Both the position numbers and the translations under genes were made by a program. From Candidatus Undinarchaeota archaeon (GTDB taxonomy: Archaea; SpSt-1190; JASMDC01), in the NCBI GenBank assembly GCA_964519305.1, contig CAZFHY010000004.1, positions 64,001-128,000 of the forward strand: a DNA stretch of 64,000 nucleotides, written 5' to 3'. Shown piece by piece: positions 19,448 through 30,600 of the stretch. Below the pieces are notes generated by a model. It had not been told where the DNA came from and did not search any database. It saw only the letters and a program-made list of their open reading frames with translations. Every line of letters starts with the position of its first letter. The stretch's first letter is position 1.

Positions 19448-21232
19448 TCATATACACCTTCTGAGTGCCAAGATACCTGCTAGATGAATCCAGTGGACAA
19501 TGGCCACATAGCAGGCCACGATAAGGAGCAGGAACCACGATTTCTCGCCGAAGCGCTCCCGACAGCGCCCCCACAACTCGGCAATACCCTCACTCGACAT
19601 CAGAAGGAGAGTCGGATAAAGGAACATCAGATGGCGGTGCTGGCTACAGTAAGCGATGGGTACACGATGAACTATGAAGAAGAGCGACAGCACAATTGGG
19701 AATGCAGCTACTGATACCGCTGCTCCTGTACCTCGACGTCTCAGGGAGAGCACACCCACCATGGCCAGAAGGGTGATGAGCGACGCATGGTGGTCGCCCC
19801 CGAACAGATAGTATATCATCCATCCTGCATTGGCCGTCAGGTATTCCGGAGTGAGTATCATCCCTCCCAGAACGGGTGTTTCGTCAACAAAGGCCATGGC
19901 CTCGAGCATGAGGGCTAGGGCGGGTAGGGCCGCGGCCAGGAGAAGGAAGACGAGCGGGGCCTTGAGCTTGCGGGGAGGAAGGTCGCATGCTAGAAGGAGG
20001 AAAGCTAACCATGGGACCAGAGTAACGAGGAGAGGTCTGATGGTGAACAAGGCCATCCCCATGGCCGCAGCACCCGCGTACAGGTGGGAGCGGGAGCTCG
20101 ACCGTGAACCACGCACCATGAGGAACAACGAGACGGTCATGAAGAGGCTAGCCAGCCCGTCCCGTCGGACCGCCGTGGCGTACAATAGATCGAGAGGAAG
20201 AGCAGTAAGAAGGGCTGCTGCGGCCAGGCCTGCGCGCGGGCTGAAGAACGCGGCACCGAGGAGACCGAGAGCGAGCACGTGGGCCAGCGATACGGTAAGT
20301 GACGCGGCCATGGCCGTCCCTTCGGCTCCCCAAGAAGATACACCCGTCCCGAAAGCGGCATACACGAGGGACAAGAAATAGGGATGGCCTGAACCGAAAG
20401 GCCAGAATACCGTCGATCCCCCCAATAAGTACTGAGCGAACCATGCGTTGCGCATATTATTGATCATATGTGTACGCTGGAACAGGTCCCCGTACCACAC
20501 ACGCAGAACGAGGGCGGCAAAGAGGATGATGACCATCGCGGTCCACCAGGACCTTCCAAGGGAACGGAACCATAGCATGTCCCGTCTAATGGACAGGACA
20601 AGTAGGACGAGCAGGAACATGAGCATGATAGGGACCGCCGTGCTCTCCACCTGCATCATCGATGTCGTGTTTCGCTGTTCCTCGGTGTGGATGGCGAAGT
20701 TGTCCTGCTCCAGATAGACTATGTCCTGCAAACGTGCTGAAGTGAGATCGATCGTGGTCCCATGCACGAGGGATGGAGGGAGGCGATACGTGGCGTTGAT
20801 GCTGGAGAATCCCGTTCGCGGATCGGGATCAAAGGAGACCGTCAGCACCATCGCACTATCCAATGCATGATCGTCCGGGACGTGAAGAACGTGCTCAATA
20901 ACATCCCCGTCCCTGTACATCGTGTCATTCACACCATTGAGCTTTCTCCAGCCGATCCTGTCGATGACCAATGGACGTATCGTGAAATTATAGGTGTAGA
21001 GCTGCAGCGTCTGGAAAAGGGCAGGAAGTTCCCCGTCCCCAGAGAATGATGATATGACACGGAAGGTGTCAATCCTTCCCTTTGCGTTCACGTCCCCATG
21101 GACGGCTAGGATCGAGAACGGTCTATCGCGAGGCTGAGGGAGACGAGGTTCCAGAGAGAGGATAGAGAGTACATCGAAGGCGAGGACAGAGAGGATGAGG
21201 GCGATTACCAAAGGCCCTACATAGCGCGACAT
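19448..21232 (-). CDS. GT-C fold (ArnT/PMT-2-like) membrane glycosyltransferase, tandem paralog
   Basis: Same architecture; shares the segments YYLFGGDHHASL and HRVPIAYC with the neighbouring copy. Confidence 0.7.
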   Translation of the reverse strand: MSRYVGPLVIALILSVLAFDVLSILSLEPRLPQPRDRPFSILAVHGDVNAKGRIDTFRVISSFSGDGELPALFQTLQLYTYNFTIRPLVIDRIGWRKLNGVNDTMYRDGDVIEHVLHVPDDHALDSAMVLTVSFDPDPRTGFSSINATYRLPPSLVHGTTIDLTSARLQDIVYLEQDNFAIHTEEQRNTTSMMQVESTAVPIMLMFLLVLLVLSIRRDMLWFRSLGRSWWTAMVIILFAALVLRVWYGDLFQRTHMINNMRNAWFAQYLLGGSTVFWPFGSGHPYFLSLVYAAFGTGVSSWGAEGTAMAASLTVSLAHVLALGLLGAAFFSPRAGLAAAALLTALPLDLLYATAVRRDGLASLFMTVSLFLMVRGSRSSSRSHLYAGAAAMGMALFTIRPLLVTLVPWLAFLLLACDLPPRKLKAPLVFLLLAAALPALALMLEAMAFVDETPVLGGMILTPEYLTANAGWMIYYLFGGDHHASLITLLAMVGVLSLRRRGTGAAVSVAAFPIVLSLFFIVHRVPIAYCSQHRHLMFLYPTLLLMSSEGIAELWGRCRERFGEKSWFLLLIVACYVAIVHWIHLAGILALRRCI

Positions 21233-21277
21233 GCGTGCCTCTATACGCCCTACACCTAATATAAGCTTAGAGAGCGC

Positions 21278-22522
21278 CTAGGACATAAGACCTGATTGTA
21301 AGGCCTTTTGGCATTCCTCGGCCTGTTCCCATTCAACAAGGAGGGTAAGCTCAGCTGTCGAAGTGTTCACCCCTATGAGCTGGCGCCCCTGCTCCTCGAG
21401 AAGGGTGCCGATGCGAGAGAGCATTGACGCTTTGTCCTGAAGGTCCTGAGCCGCCACTGTGATGAGCCCTATACCGCCCCGGGATGTGACCGCTTTGAGC
21501 AGGTCGTCTTCAACAACGAGTTCATGGAGGCAGGCCACCGCTGCGCGCTCCTTGGTCTCATCCACATAGAACGTGATGGAGTAGGTAGATGCCGAGATCG
21601 AGTAGATGGTGACGTCCGCCTCTGACAGCTGCTGGGAGAACATGTATAGGAGGCCACGGCGCTGGTCCATGCGGTCGCCTACAACGGTCACTGCTGCTTT
21701 CGGTTCCGAATCCAGCCCCACAAGGACACCTACACTTTCAAGCTCACCGGTTATCTTTGTACCCTTTATCATGATATCTCCCTTCTCGTTGTTCACTACC
21801 CTGATGACAGTCCCCTCCCGCTTGTACCTTAGGGAAAGGTGGTGCATGACGCGTGCCCCGTTCACTGCCAGGTCCCACAGTTCCTGGACAGTTATACAGT
21901 TCAGGATCTGCGCATCAGGGACCACGCGGGGATCGGCGGAGAGTATCCCGTCCACATCGGTCACGATAACGACCTCGTCGGCATGGAGCACGTTCCCCAT
22001 AAGGGACGCGCTTGTGTCCCCACCCCCACGGCCGATAGTGGTAATGCGGTTCGCTCCGTCGATACCTATGAATCCGGCCACGACAGGGATCTTCCCTTCC
22101 TCAAGCAACGGCAGCATGGTCTCCCGTGCACGGACCGCTGACTTGGCCAGGTCGGGCTTTGCACTCCCGGGGGTTGAGTCGGTGATAACGGGCCAGAGCG
22201 AGGTCTGAGGGTCCACTACTACGGGTTTTGCACCCAGAGAGTGAAGGGCGGCCGCGAACATACGTATCGAGATACGTTCGCCCATGGCCAGGATCTCGTC
22301 AAGATCCTCAGGTGCGGGGGTGCCCCCACAGGCCTCCTTCGCAATGGCCAGAAGACGGTTGGTGGAATCACCCATGGCCGATACCACGACCACGATACGG
22401 CTCCCGCGCTCGTAGTCCTGTACGATTGACTTCGCCGCACGAGCAATCTTCTCACCCGAAGCAACACTCGTGCCTCCGAACTTCACGACCTTTAGCAAAA
22501 TAACCGCCTTCGCGACCGACAC
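21278..22522 (-). CDS. lysC: aspartate kinase (two ACT domains)
   Basis: VVKFGGTSV, VVVSAMG, TTIGRGGGD, TDVDGILSADPR and GARVMH. The exact start is uncertain. Confidence 0.92.
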   Translation of the reverse strand: MSVAKAVILLKVVKFGGTSVASGEKIARAAKSIVQDYERGSRIVVVVSAMGDSTNRLLAIAKEACGGTPAPEDLDEILAMGERISIRMFAAALHSLGAKPVVVDPQTSLWPVITDSTPGSAKPDLAKSAVRARETMLPLLEEGKIPVVAGFIGIDGANRITTIGRGGGDTSASLMGNVLHADEVVIVTDVDGILSADPRVVPDAQILNCITVQELWDLAVNGARVMHHLSLRYKREGTVIRVVNNEKGDIMIKGTKITGELESVGVLVGLDSEPKAAVTVVGDRMDQRRGLLYMFSQQLSEADVTIYSISASTYSITFYVDETKERAAVACLHELVVEDDLLKAVTSRGGIGLITVAAQDLQDKASMLSRIGTLLEEQGRQLIGVNTSTAELTLLVEWEQAEECQKALQSGLMS

Positions 22523-22608
22523 CGTGTAAGAGCGCCAGAGTCAGGTCCCCGGCGCCTGACTAAGCTATAAATTGTTTTCCCCCCTTATAAGGATTATAGG
22601 TGCCCGTG

Positions 22609-22785
22609 ATGATTCGCATCAAGACCTTCGGCGGCAGCTTGCTACCAGGCTCCAACGAGAAGACGCTCAGGGAATCGGAGGCATTCCTCAATTCGGTCAA
22701 GCGGGCCAATATCATCGATGTGAATTACTGCTATATCGGGACGTCAGGGACCCTCCGGGTCTTTCTGACGTACGACTCGCCTTGA
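22609..22785 (+). CDS. 58-aa small protein, tandem paralog 1
   Basis: MIRIKTFGGSLLPGSNEKTLRESEAFLNS...YIGTSGTLRVFLTY; matches the downstream copy; AGGTG SD-like element upstream. Confidence 0.8.
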   Translation: MIRIKTFGGSLLPGSNEKTLRESEAFLNSVKRANIIDVNYCYIGTSGTLRVFLTYDSP

Positions 22786-22809
22786 GAGCACTAACTAGAA
22801 GGTGGTACA

Positions 22810-22986
22810 ATGATCAAGATTAAAGGATTCGGCGGGAGCATACTCCCTGGTGCTAACGAGAAGTCACTAGCTGAAGCAGAGAAGTTCCTCAACAGCATAG
22901 GCCGAGAGAACATCATAGCCATCAGCTACAATTATATCGGTACGACCGGTACACTGCGTATCTTCATCACCTATAACGAAGAATAG
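22810..22986 (+). CDS. 58-aa small protein, tandem paralog 2 (not in the ORF track)
   Basis: MIKIKGFGGSILPGANEKSLAEAEKFLNSIGRENIIAISYNYIGTTGTLRIFITYNEE*; AGGTGG SD-like element upstream. Confidence 0.8.
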   Translation: MIKIKGFGGSILPGANEKSLAEAEKFLNSIGRENIIAISYNYIGTTGTLRIFITYNEE

Positions 22987-23003
22987 GTGAAGGGGACTCG
23001 GTC

Positions 23004-23726
23004 CTACTCTATTGTCCGAAGGGTCTGGAGTATCTCGTCTAGGCTCCCCAGTCGAGATATCGCCAACGGTATTCGCTCGACCTCAGCCAGTTTTACCGCC
23101 ACCGGATCCTCGATGTCCGTTCCGTGGATCACAACGATGCTCGGTTTGAGGTTCGTCACCCTTATGGCCACCATAGGGGAGCGCCCCGTGGAGACGCGGG
23201 AGAACACGACCGCCCGCTGAGTGGTGGAACCATAGATACGGGCGAGCTCCAAGGGTGAGAACTCAAGGATGGCTTTGAGGCTATCCACCACGGTGTATCC
23301 GTAGAGCTCCCGGTCGATGAGCTCCTCGCAAGCGATGACATCCGCTTTGAGCTTGTCACAGAAGTCCATGGCATTGATCGGCGTCATCAACTCCCGGATA
23401 TCGTGCACGATCTCGCCCCAGCTCTCTCCTGTGAGTAGCGAACCGAACTTCGTGATCATAGGACCACCACGGTCCTCGTCCACGGCGAGCATCGTGTCTA
23501 CGATCCGGCGGACAACGTTGATGCCGGGAGACTTCCTACGTCCACCCTCATAGTCGCTAATCACCGAAGATGTGACCTCGAGGTTCTCTGCCAGCTCCTT
23601 CTGTGAGATCTTGAACTGCTCCCTCCACTTCCTGATAGTGGAGCCCGGTTGGTCAGAGAGCACTATCTCTCCCGCCATGAGCTTGGCGAGCTTCTGCTTG
23701 GAACCCATCCGACTTTGTGGCGACAT
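23004..23726 (-). CDS. conserved archaeal XRE-HTH transcriptional regulator (COG1709-like)
   Basis: AGEIVLSDQPG..IRKWRE, SVISDYEGGRRKSPG, YGYTVVDS and STGRSPMVAIRV. Confidence 0.9.
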   Translation of the reverse strand: MSPQSRMGSKQKLAKLMAGEIVLSDQPGSTIRKWREQFKISQKELAENLEVTSSVISDYEGGRRKSPGINVVRRIVDTMLAVDEDRGGPMITKFGSLLTGESWGEIVHDIRELMTPINAMDFCDKLKADVIACEELIDRELYGYTVVDSLKAILEFSPLELARIYGSTTQRAVVFSRVSTGRSPMVAIRVTNLKPSIVVIHGTDIEDPVAVKLAEVERIPLAISRLGSLDEILQTLRTIE

Positions 23727-23771
23727 TCCCTCTTATTTAAGGTTGTCGTAGGCAGTGAGGAGGGTTGTCGA

Positions 23772-24488
23772 GTGAAAAGGCGACACTACCGAAAAATAGT
23801 TAAACTCGGAGCGTGTCTAATTCCGTTGATGGGAGCTATAACCTATCATCTCACCCTAGGTTGCGGGAACGTGGACCAGCATACCAAGACCAAGGTTATG
23901 GACCTTATCCGCAATATATCCAATGCGCTCATGGGTGATGTATCCAAGAATCTTGACTTCCATCCTCCCGATCATCTGACGCTCACCTACTTCAATCCCT
24001 ACGGGGCAGAGATGAACCTCTACAGGCGCAGTCTTGACGACGGCACCCTGGCGGAGCTTTGCCAATGTTCGAAGATGGAGCTCTCCCTCCAGATGACGTG
24101 CAAGGAACGCGCACCCCGCGAGGTATCTGACTTCGATCCGGATGAGCACAGCGTGGTCAAGGTCCAGTTCCAGTACGATGCTGATGAGCACGGACCCAAT
24201 ACGTTCGACGTCCTCATTACTAAGGGATTCCCTGAGCCCCTCATCAATTACTTCGGGGGCACCATGCAGGTCAAGCACCCTGGTCTGGACTACCTAAACC
24301 GTGACATCTACGCCATCGTGAAGCTGGACAAGGTCAAGAACTACATGGTCGGTTTCGCCGGCAACTGGTTCGGCCCGACCTTCTTCATGCACTTCCTGAA
24401 GTGGACCAAGCACCGGTACGCTCCGGACCGTATCTACTTCAACATGTTCGGCCAGAAGTTCTCATTCCGCAGACTGCTGATGCCATAG
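23772..24488 (+). CDS. hypothetical membrane-anchored/exported protein
   Basis: Basic N-terminus plus hydrophobic helix after GTG 23772; coding-like codon bias. Confidence 0.6.
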   Translation: MKRRHYRKIVKLGACLIPLMGAITYHLTLGCGNVDQHTKTKVMDLIRNISNALMGDVSKNLDFHPPDHLTLTYFNPYGAEMNLYRRSLDDGTLAELCQCSKMELSLQMTCKERAPREVSDFDPDEHSVVKVQFQYDADEHGPNTFDVLITKGFPEPLINYFGGTMQVKHPGLDYLNRDIYAIVKLDKVKNYMVGFAGNWFGPTFFMHFLKWTKHRYAPDRIYFNMFGQKFSFRRLLMP

Positions 24489-24614
24489 GTCCTGCGATGC
24501 AGGTAAGCACGGCACTTTCCGGTTGAGCCCGAGCTCTGGATCGGCGGCAATTCCCAAGCTTAATAAAACAAGAAGCCAAAGCGTTGGATTGGTAGTTAGA
24601 GGTAGGTTTGTTGA

Positions 24615-27600
24615 ATGAAAGGTGCCCGCCGACGCATCCTGTTGATGGCAGTGGTCCTTGCCATGAGCCTCGGCTGCAGCGCATGGTGCTTCAGCACTTC
24701 CACAACGAGCTGCCTCCCTCAAGCAAGAAGTAGCCTCTGTTACTACAGCGGATACTATCAATATCCGAAATGCTGCTACAGCTACCGGAACTCCAAGCCC
24801 TCATGCGCTCAGACCATCAGTGGCACTACCTGTAAGTACGGCGGGAGCACATCCTGCACGTCCACCGGCTGGTCGACGTGCTCCTACTCATACCAGGACA
24901 CGAACAAGCCCGGTTGCGCTTACAAGGTGGACGGTAACATATGCTATTACTCGGGCAGCGCGCAGTGTACCGCTGGCGGTTGGGAGTGCGACTACCAGAG
25001 CACCTCGAAACCGGCCTGCGCCCACTACCCGGACCAGAGCACATGCTACCATTCCGGTACGACCGGATGCACCGCATCCGGATGGTCGACATGTGACTTC
25101 CAGACCGACAGTAAACCCGCATGCGCGAACTACGCAAGCGGGAACACATGCTACCACTCGGGATCGACCCAGTGCACTGCAACTGGGTGGTCCGCCTGCG
25201 ATTTCCAGACAGAGACCAAGCCCGCGTGCGGGAATTATGCGAGCGGGAGCACATGCTTTCACTCAGGAACATCACAATGCAAGGCGACAGGATGGGAATG
25301 CAGCTACCAGACGGAGACCAAGCCCACCTGTGGCAATTACGCGGACGGGAACACATGCTATCATTCGGGCACGGCACAGTGCACCGCCTCAGGATGGGAG
25401 TGCGACTACCAGACAGAGTCCAAGCCAGCGTGCGGTAACTATGCCGACGGGAACACATGCTATCATTCGGGCACGGCGCAGTGCACCGCCTCGGGATGGG
25501 AGTGCGACTACCAGACCGAGACCAAGCCAGCCTGTGCGTCCTATCTAGATGGCAACATCTGCAAGCACTCGGGAGTTAGCGAATGTACAGCGTCGGGATG
25601 GTCCGGCTGCTCTTTCGAGAGCGAGACCCGACCTACATGCGGACATTACCCTAACGGGAACTCCTGCTACCACACGGCCAATCCAGAGTGCCAGGCCGGG
25701 GGATGGTCGGACTGCAAGTACGAGATCGACTTTAGTCCCGATTGCTCTGCCACTGCCAGTGACCGTCTTTGCCAATATGGCGGTAGTACGACATGCACGT
25801 CTACGGGTTGGGATGTGTGCGCCTTCCCCCACCAGGATACCAACAAGCCCGATTGTGGGCCGCAACCGGACGGGAACACCTGTAGTTATTCTGGGGAGAC
25901 GGATTGCACGGAGAGCGGATGGGCGTCATGTAATTACCAGAGCGACACGACGAAGCCCGACTGCAGCCCCCGGGAGAGCGGAACTAATTGTGACTATGGT
26001 GGGATCACGTCATGCACATCGTCAGGGTGGTCCCAATGCACGCATTCCTCCGATTCGAACAAGCCTGTCTGCAATCCCGTTGCATCTGGCGACACATGTT
26101 ATTACGGCAGGTACACCCGGTGCGGTTCCAGCGGGTGGAGCGAGTGCACTCACACTTATCAGGATACTAACCAGCCCAGTTGCGAACCCGATCCCGTGGG
26201 GGACACCTGTCGATACTCGGGCAGCACGTCCTGTAGTGAGTCTGGATGGAAGAGTTGTATCTACAGCCAGCAGGACAGTGGCAAGCCCGCATGTAATCCG
26301 AAGCCCGTGGGAGACACCTGCCAATACCAGGGCTCAACAGAGTGCACGTCGAGCGGATGGGAAGGTTGTACTTACGCGGCCTCGGACGCTTCACGCCCCA
26401 CCTGCACCCCCACCGCCGACGGTGACTCCTGCCATTATGGTGGCGTAAGCGTGTGCGGCAGCTCCGGATGGACCCCCTGTTCGGACAATGTGGACAATGA
26501 TCGGCCGAACTGTGAACCCGAGTCCGTCGGGAACACATGCAGCTACTCGGGATCCAGCTCGTGCACAACCACAGGATGGTCTGGTTGCGATTATGCGCAC
26601 GAGGACGCCGGCAAGCCGGATTGCGGACCAAAGGACGAGGGGAACACATGCAGCTATGGAGGGAATGCACAGTGCACGACCGCCGGATGGTCGAGCTGTT
26701 CCTACTCGCTGACCGATACGAACAAGCCGACCTGCAATCCTTCGCCCTTGGATAGTACGTGTCGGTACAGCGGGCATACCACCTGTGGGAGCGGAGGATG
26801 GGAGGCGTGCGCCTTCGACTACTCCGACACGAACCCCCCCGACTGCTCTCCTTACACGGAAGGTACCTATTGCTACTACCAGGGCAGCTCCTCGTGCGGG
26901 AGCGGAGGATGGACGGAGTGTAGTCACAGCGGGTCCGACTCGCAGCGACCGGCATGCCCGCCCAAGCCCGAGGGCAACGCATGCAAGTTCGGTGGTTCGC
27001 CGGAGTGTACGGAGTCGGGATGGGGCGAATGTGCGTACACCTCGAGCGATACACAGCGACCCGCGTGCGCACCGTACACGGACGGCAACATCTGCTATTA
27101 TGGGGGGACACCACAGTGCGGTACCGACGGATGGTCCGAGTGCGACTACGAAAGCTCCGACCATCAGCGACCAGCATGTCCGCCCGATGAGGACGGGAAC
27201 ACCTGTAAGTTCGGTGGCTCTCCCGCATGCACGGAATCGGGCTGGGGTGGCTGTACATTCACATCCCAGGAGTCCAACAAACCCGACTGTGGCCCGGTGG
27301 CCCAGGTGGACGTGTGCCAGTTCGATGGGTGGACCCAGTGCACAGCGTCCGGCTGGGCTACCTGCACCTTCAACCAGCAGGATGCGAGCAGACCTGCCTG
27401 CGAACCAGAGGCCTCTGGCACTAACTGCCGTCACAGTGGGACTGCTACATGTAAAACGGACGGCTGGTCGGACTGCGAGTACACCATAGACACTTCGATG
27501 CCAGCCTGCCCCCACTACTCTTCGGGCCGGACCTGCAACTACAGAGGCACAACGTCATGCACGGCCTCAGGATGGTCCACTTGCGACTATAACGAGGACA

Positions 27601-30600
27601 CCGAAAAACCGGCTTGCGGTCATTATGAGGAGGGTGGCATATGCTACTTCGGCGGCGGTACATTGTGCACGTCCGACGGATGGTCGTCTTGCGACTACGC
27701 TCAGCTGATCGGTGACAAGCCCTCATGCCCGCCCCTCGCCAATGGAGGCACCTGCCAGTTCGACGGCTCGACCTCATGCACCAAGGAAGGCTGGGCCTCC
27801 TGCGCTTTCGCGAGCACGGACCCGACAAAACCACCCTGTCTTCCAAAGGCGGTCGATAACAACTGCTACTTCAGCGGCCTTACCAACTGCGCTGTAGGTG
27901 GTTGGACCCGCCCCTGCGAGTTCAAGGAGTCCAGCTCGAGCCGCCCCGTCTGTGACAACTACATCGACGCACAGGCGCTCGAGTGCCACTTCAGTGGATT
28001 CACGGACTGCAAGGAAGGAGGGTGGTCCGTGTGCGATTACTCGCGGTGCGAGATAGACGTGCTCGGTTCCACTGACGAAAGCTGCTCCGATATGGAATGC
28101 TCGGTGTGCGCGTCCTCGAACGGGGACACAAACTATTACACGTGCGTTGTGTGCGCGAAAGAGGAATGGCGGGAGAACCAGTGCTGCGGTGACGATCCTG
28201 ACGAAGGGTGGTGCGGTCTCTCCGGCTATTGTCATGAGGGTGCTTGGACGATGGTCGCGGAGAGCGATCCCGACAATAACGCGCACTTCTGCGAAGTATG
28301 CTCGTCCTTTGCCTGGCGGGAGAACCGCTGCTGCGGGGACGATCCCGATGAGGCCTGGTGCGGAGTGACCGGGTACTGCCAGACCGGCAGCTGGATCGCT
28401 GTCAAGGACGGGAACGCCGACCTGGACGCAGAGTACTGCCGGACATGCAAGGGCGGTACCTGGCAGTTCTCGACCGCGGACCGGACCGCTGCGTGCTGCG
28501 GGGACGATCCCGATGAGGAGTGGTGCGGTGCTGGAGGTTTCTGTAAAGTCGGTGAATGGATCGCGGTCGCCGACGCGGACGATGACCAGCATTTCTGTGA
28601 GAACTGCATGGCAAATACCATGTGGGCGGACGGACGGTGCTGCGGGGATGACGGCGCAACGGAGTACTGGAACAGTACCGACGGCGTCTGCTGCGGAGGC
28701 GAGTTCCACGTAGGCACGGGCGTCTGCTGCAACAATACATGGGCTGACGGTGGGAACTGCTGCCTGATCAGCGACTGTCTCGAGCGCCCGTTCGCATCGT
28801 GCTCATTGGTGGGCTGCACTGCGAACCGCTGCTCCTACGACAGGGTGTGCTCAGGCAATGCTTGTGCTATCGATACGGACGACTGGTGCGCTGCATGTTC
28901 CAGCCCTGACGGGGACGCCAATGAGGACTCATGCTCATGTTTTAACGGTAGCTGGCACATCTCGACCGCCGATCAGAAGGAGATGTGCTGCGGGGACGAC
29001 AAGGGCGAGGATTGGACCGGTATAGATGGTCTCTGTCTCGACGGCCGGTGGGGTGTCAGCGACGAGCCATGTCTCACGAGCGACAGTTGTACCAAATCGC
29101 CCTATGACGTCTGTACCAACAACCAGTGCGTGTGCACTTCCGATGAGTGCCCGTCGAAGATGTGCTTGTACTCCCTCGATTGTGAAGCCACCAACTGCCG
29201 GGACGATGCCTGGTGCGACCTGTGCAGCAAGGACGGGGACAACGACATGAATAGCTGTGAGTGCGCCGGGGGCGAGTGGATCGACGGGAGATGCTGCGGG
29301 GACGATAAGGAGAAGGACAGCTGGTGCGGCGCCACCGCCCGCTGCCTCAAGGGGATCGTACAGCGGGACCAGTGCAAGGAGTGCGATGCCTGTCTGTTCG
29401 GTAACTGCACCACTTTCTGCGATGGTACCACGTGCGCCCAGGGCAGCAAGGTATGGTGCTCTGCGTGCGCCAATCTGGAGGGCGATGCAGACCCGTTCTC
29501 CTGTCAGTGCAAAGGAGGTATCAACGCCCGTTGGATCGATGAGCAATGCTGCGGGGACGACATCCTGGAGCGCTGGAACTCGACATCCGGTATCTGCTGC
29601 GCAGGTGCGTTCACAGCTGGAGGAAACTGCTGCTCGGACGCCGATTGCATCGGAAACTATACCTGTCAGGAGGACTTCACCTGCTCGCGGTCATGCCGCT
29701 TCGGGTTCAAGTCATGCGGCGGGAACTGCTACATGGGCGACGGTGTATGCTGCAACTCGACCTGGATCAAGAGCGGCACATGCTGCGGCGACCAGGACTG
29801 CCCGCACGACCGTCCTGTCTGTGATGGTGACATCGCCATCTGTCGTACCTGCACTGCCTCCATCGAGTGTGGACCCGATAGCGAGTGCTGTGGAGGAAAA
29901 TGCTACGGCGGACACGGATTGTGCTGTGATGACTCCTGGTATACCGGGGACGGCGTATGCTGTGGTGACGCGGACTGCACCGAGGGTACGACGTGCTTTG
30001 TGAGCGGACACCGTTGCTCGGCCATAGAGTGCCAGGAAGGATTCTCCCCCTGTGGGAAACGGTGCGAGGAGGGCGAGGGCACGTGCTGCGACGAGAAGTG
30101 GTACACTGCAGAAGGCAACTGCTGTGATGATACGTGGATCGAGGGTTCCGACTGCTGCAACGACAACGACTGCGGTACGTTCCTTTGCGACAACCACCAG
30201 TGCTCCAAGGTGTGCAAAGGCCGGTTCACCTTCTGTGGCGAGCAGTGCTGGCTCGGCCAGGGTGCATGCTGCGACAGCTCGTGGGTCGAGCACGGCCAGT
30301 GCTGCACTTCGGCCAACTGCACACGGACCCTGCCTGTGTGCGAGGATAACATCTGCCGCTCATGCGCCGAGGATAGCGAGTGCAGTGAGGGTGAGATCTG
30401 CTGCCAAGGTCAGTGCTACCCTCCACAACTCGGAGCATGCTGCAACAGCACCTGGTTCCATGGCATGTCCAGTTGCTCACAAGTCTCTTGCGAGGTGGAA
30501 CGTGGTGGTGTTCTCTGTGCGGGCTCCTGCATCATGCAAAAGGGCGCATGTTGCGAGGACCGGTTCCTCATGGGGATAACCAGATGCCCTGAGTGCGGCG

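Noticed and set aside
24800-28050. Periodic ~100-110 nt DNA repeats as a possible CRISPR array
   Set aside because: The units are in-frame coding repeats with synonymous variation. There is no constant repeat with unique spacers, and no cas genes.
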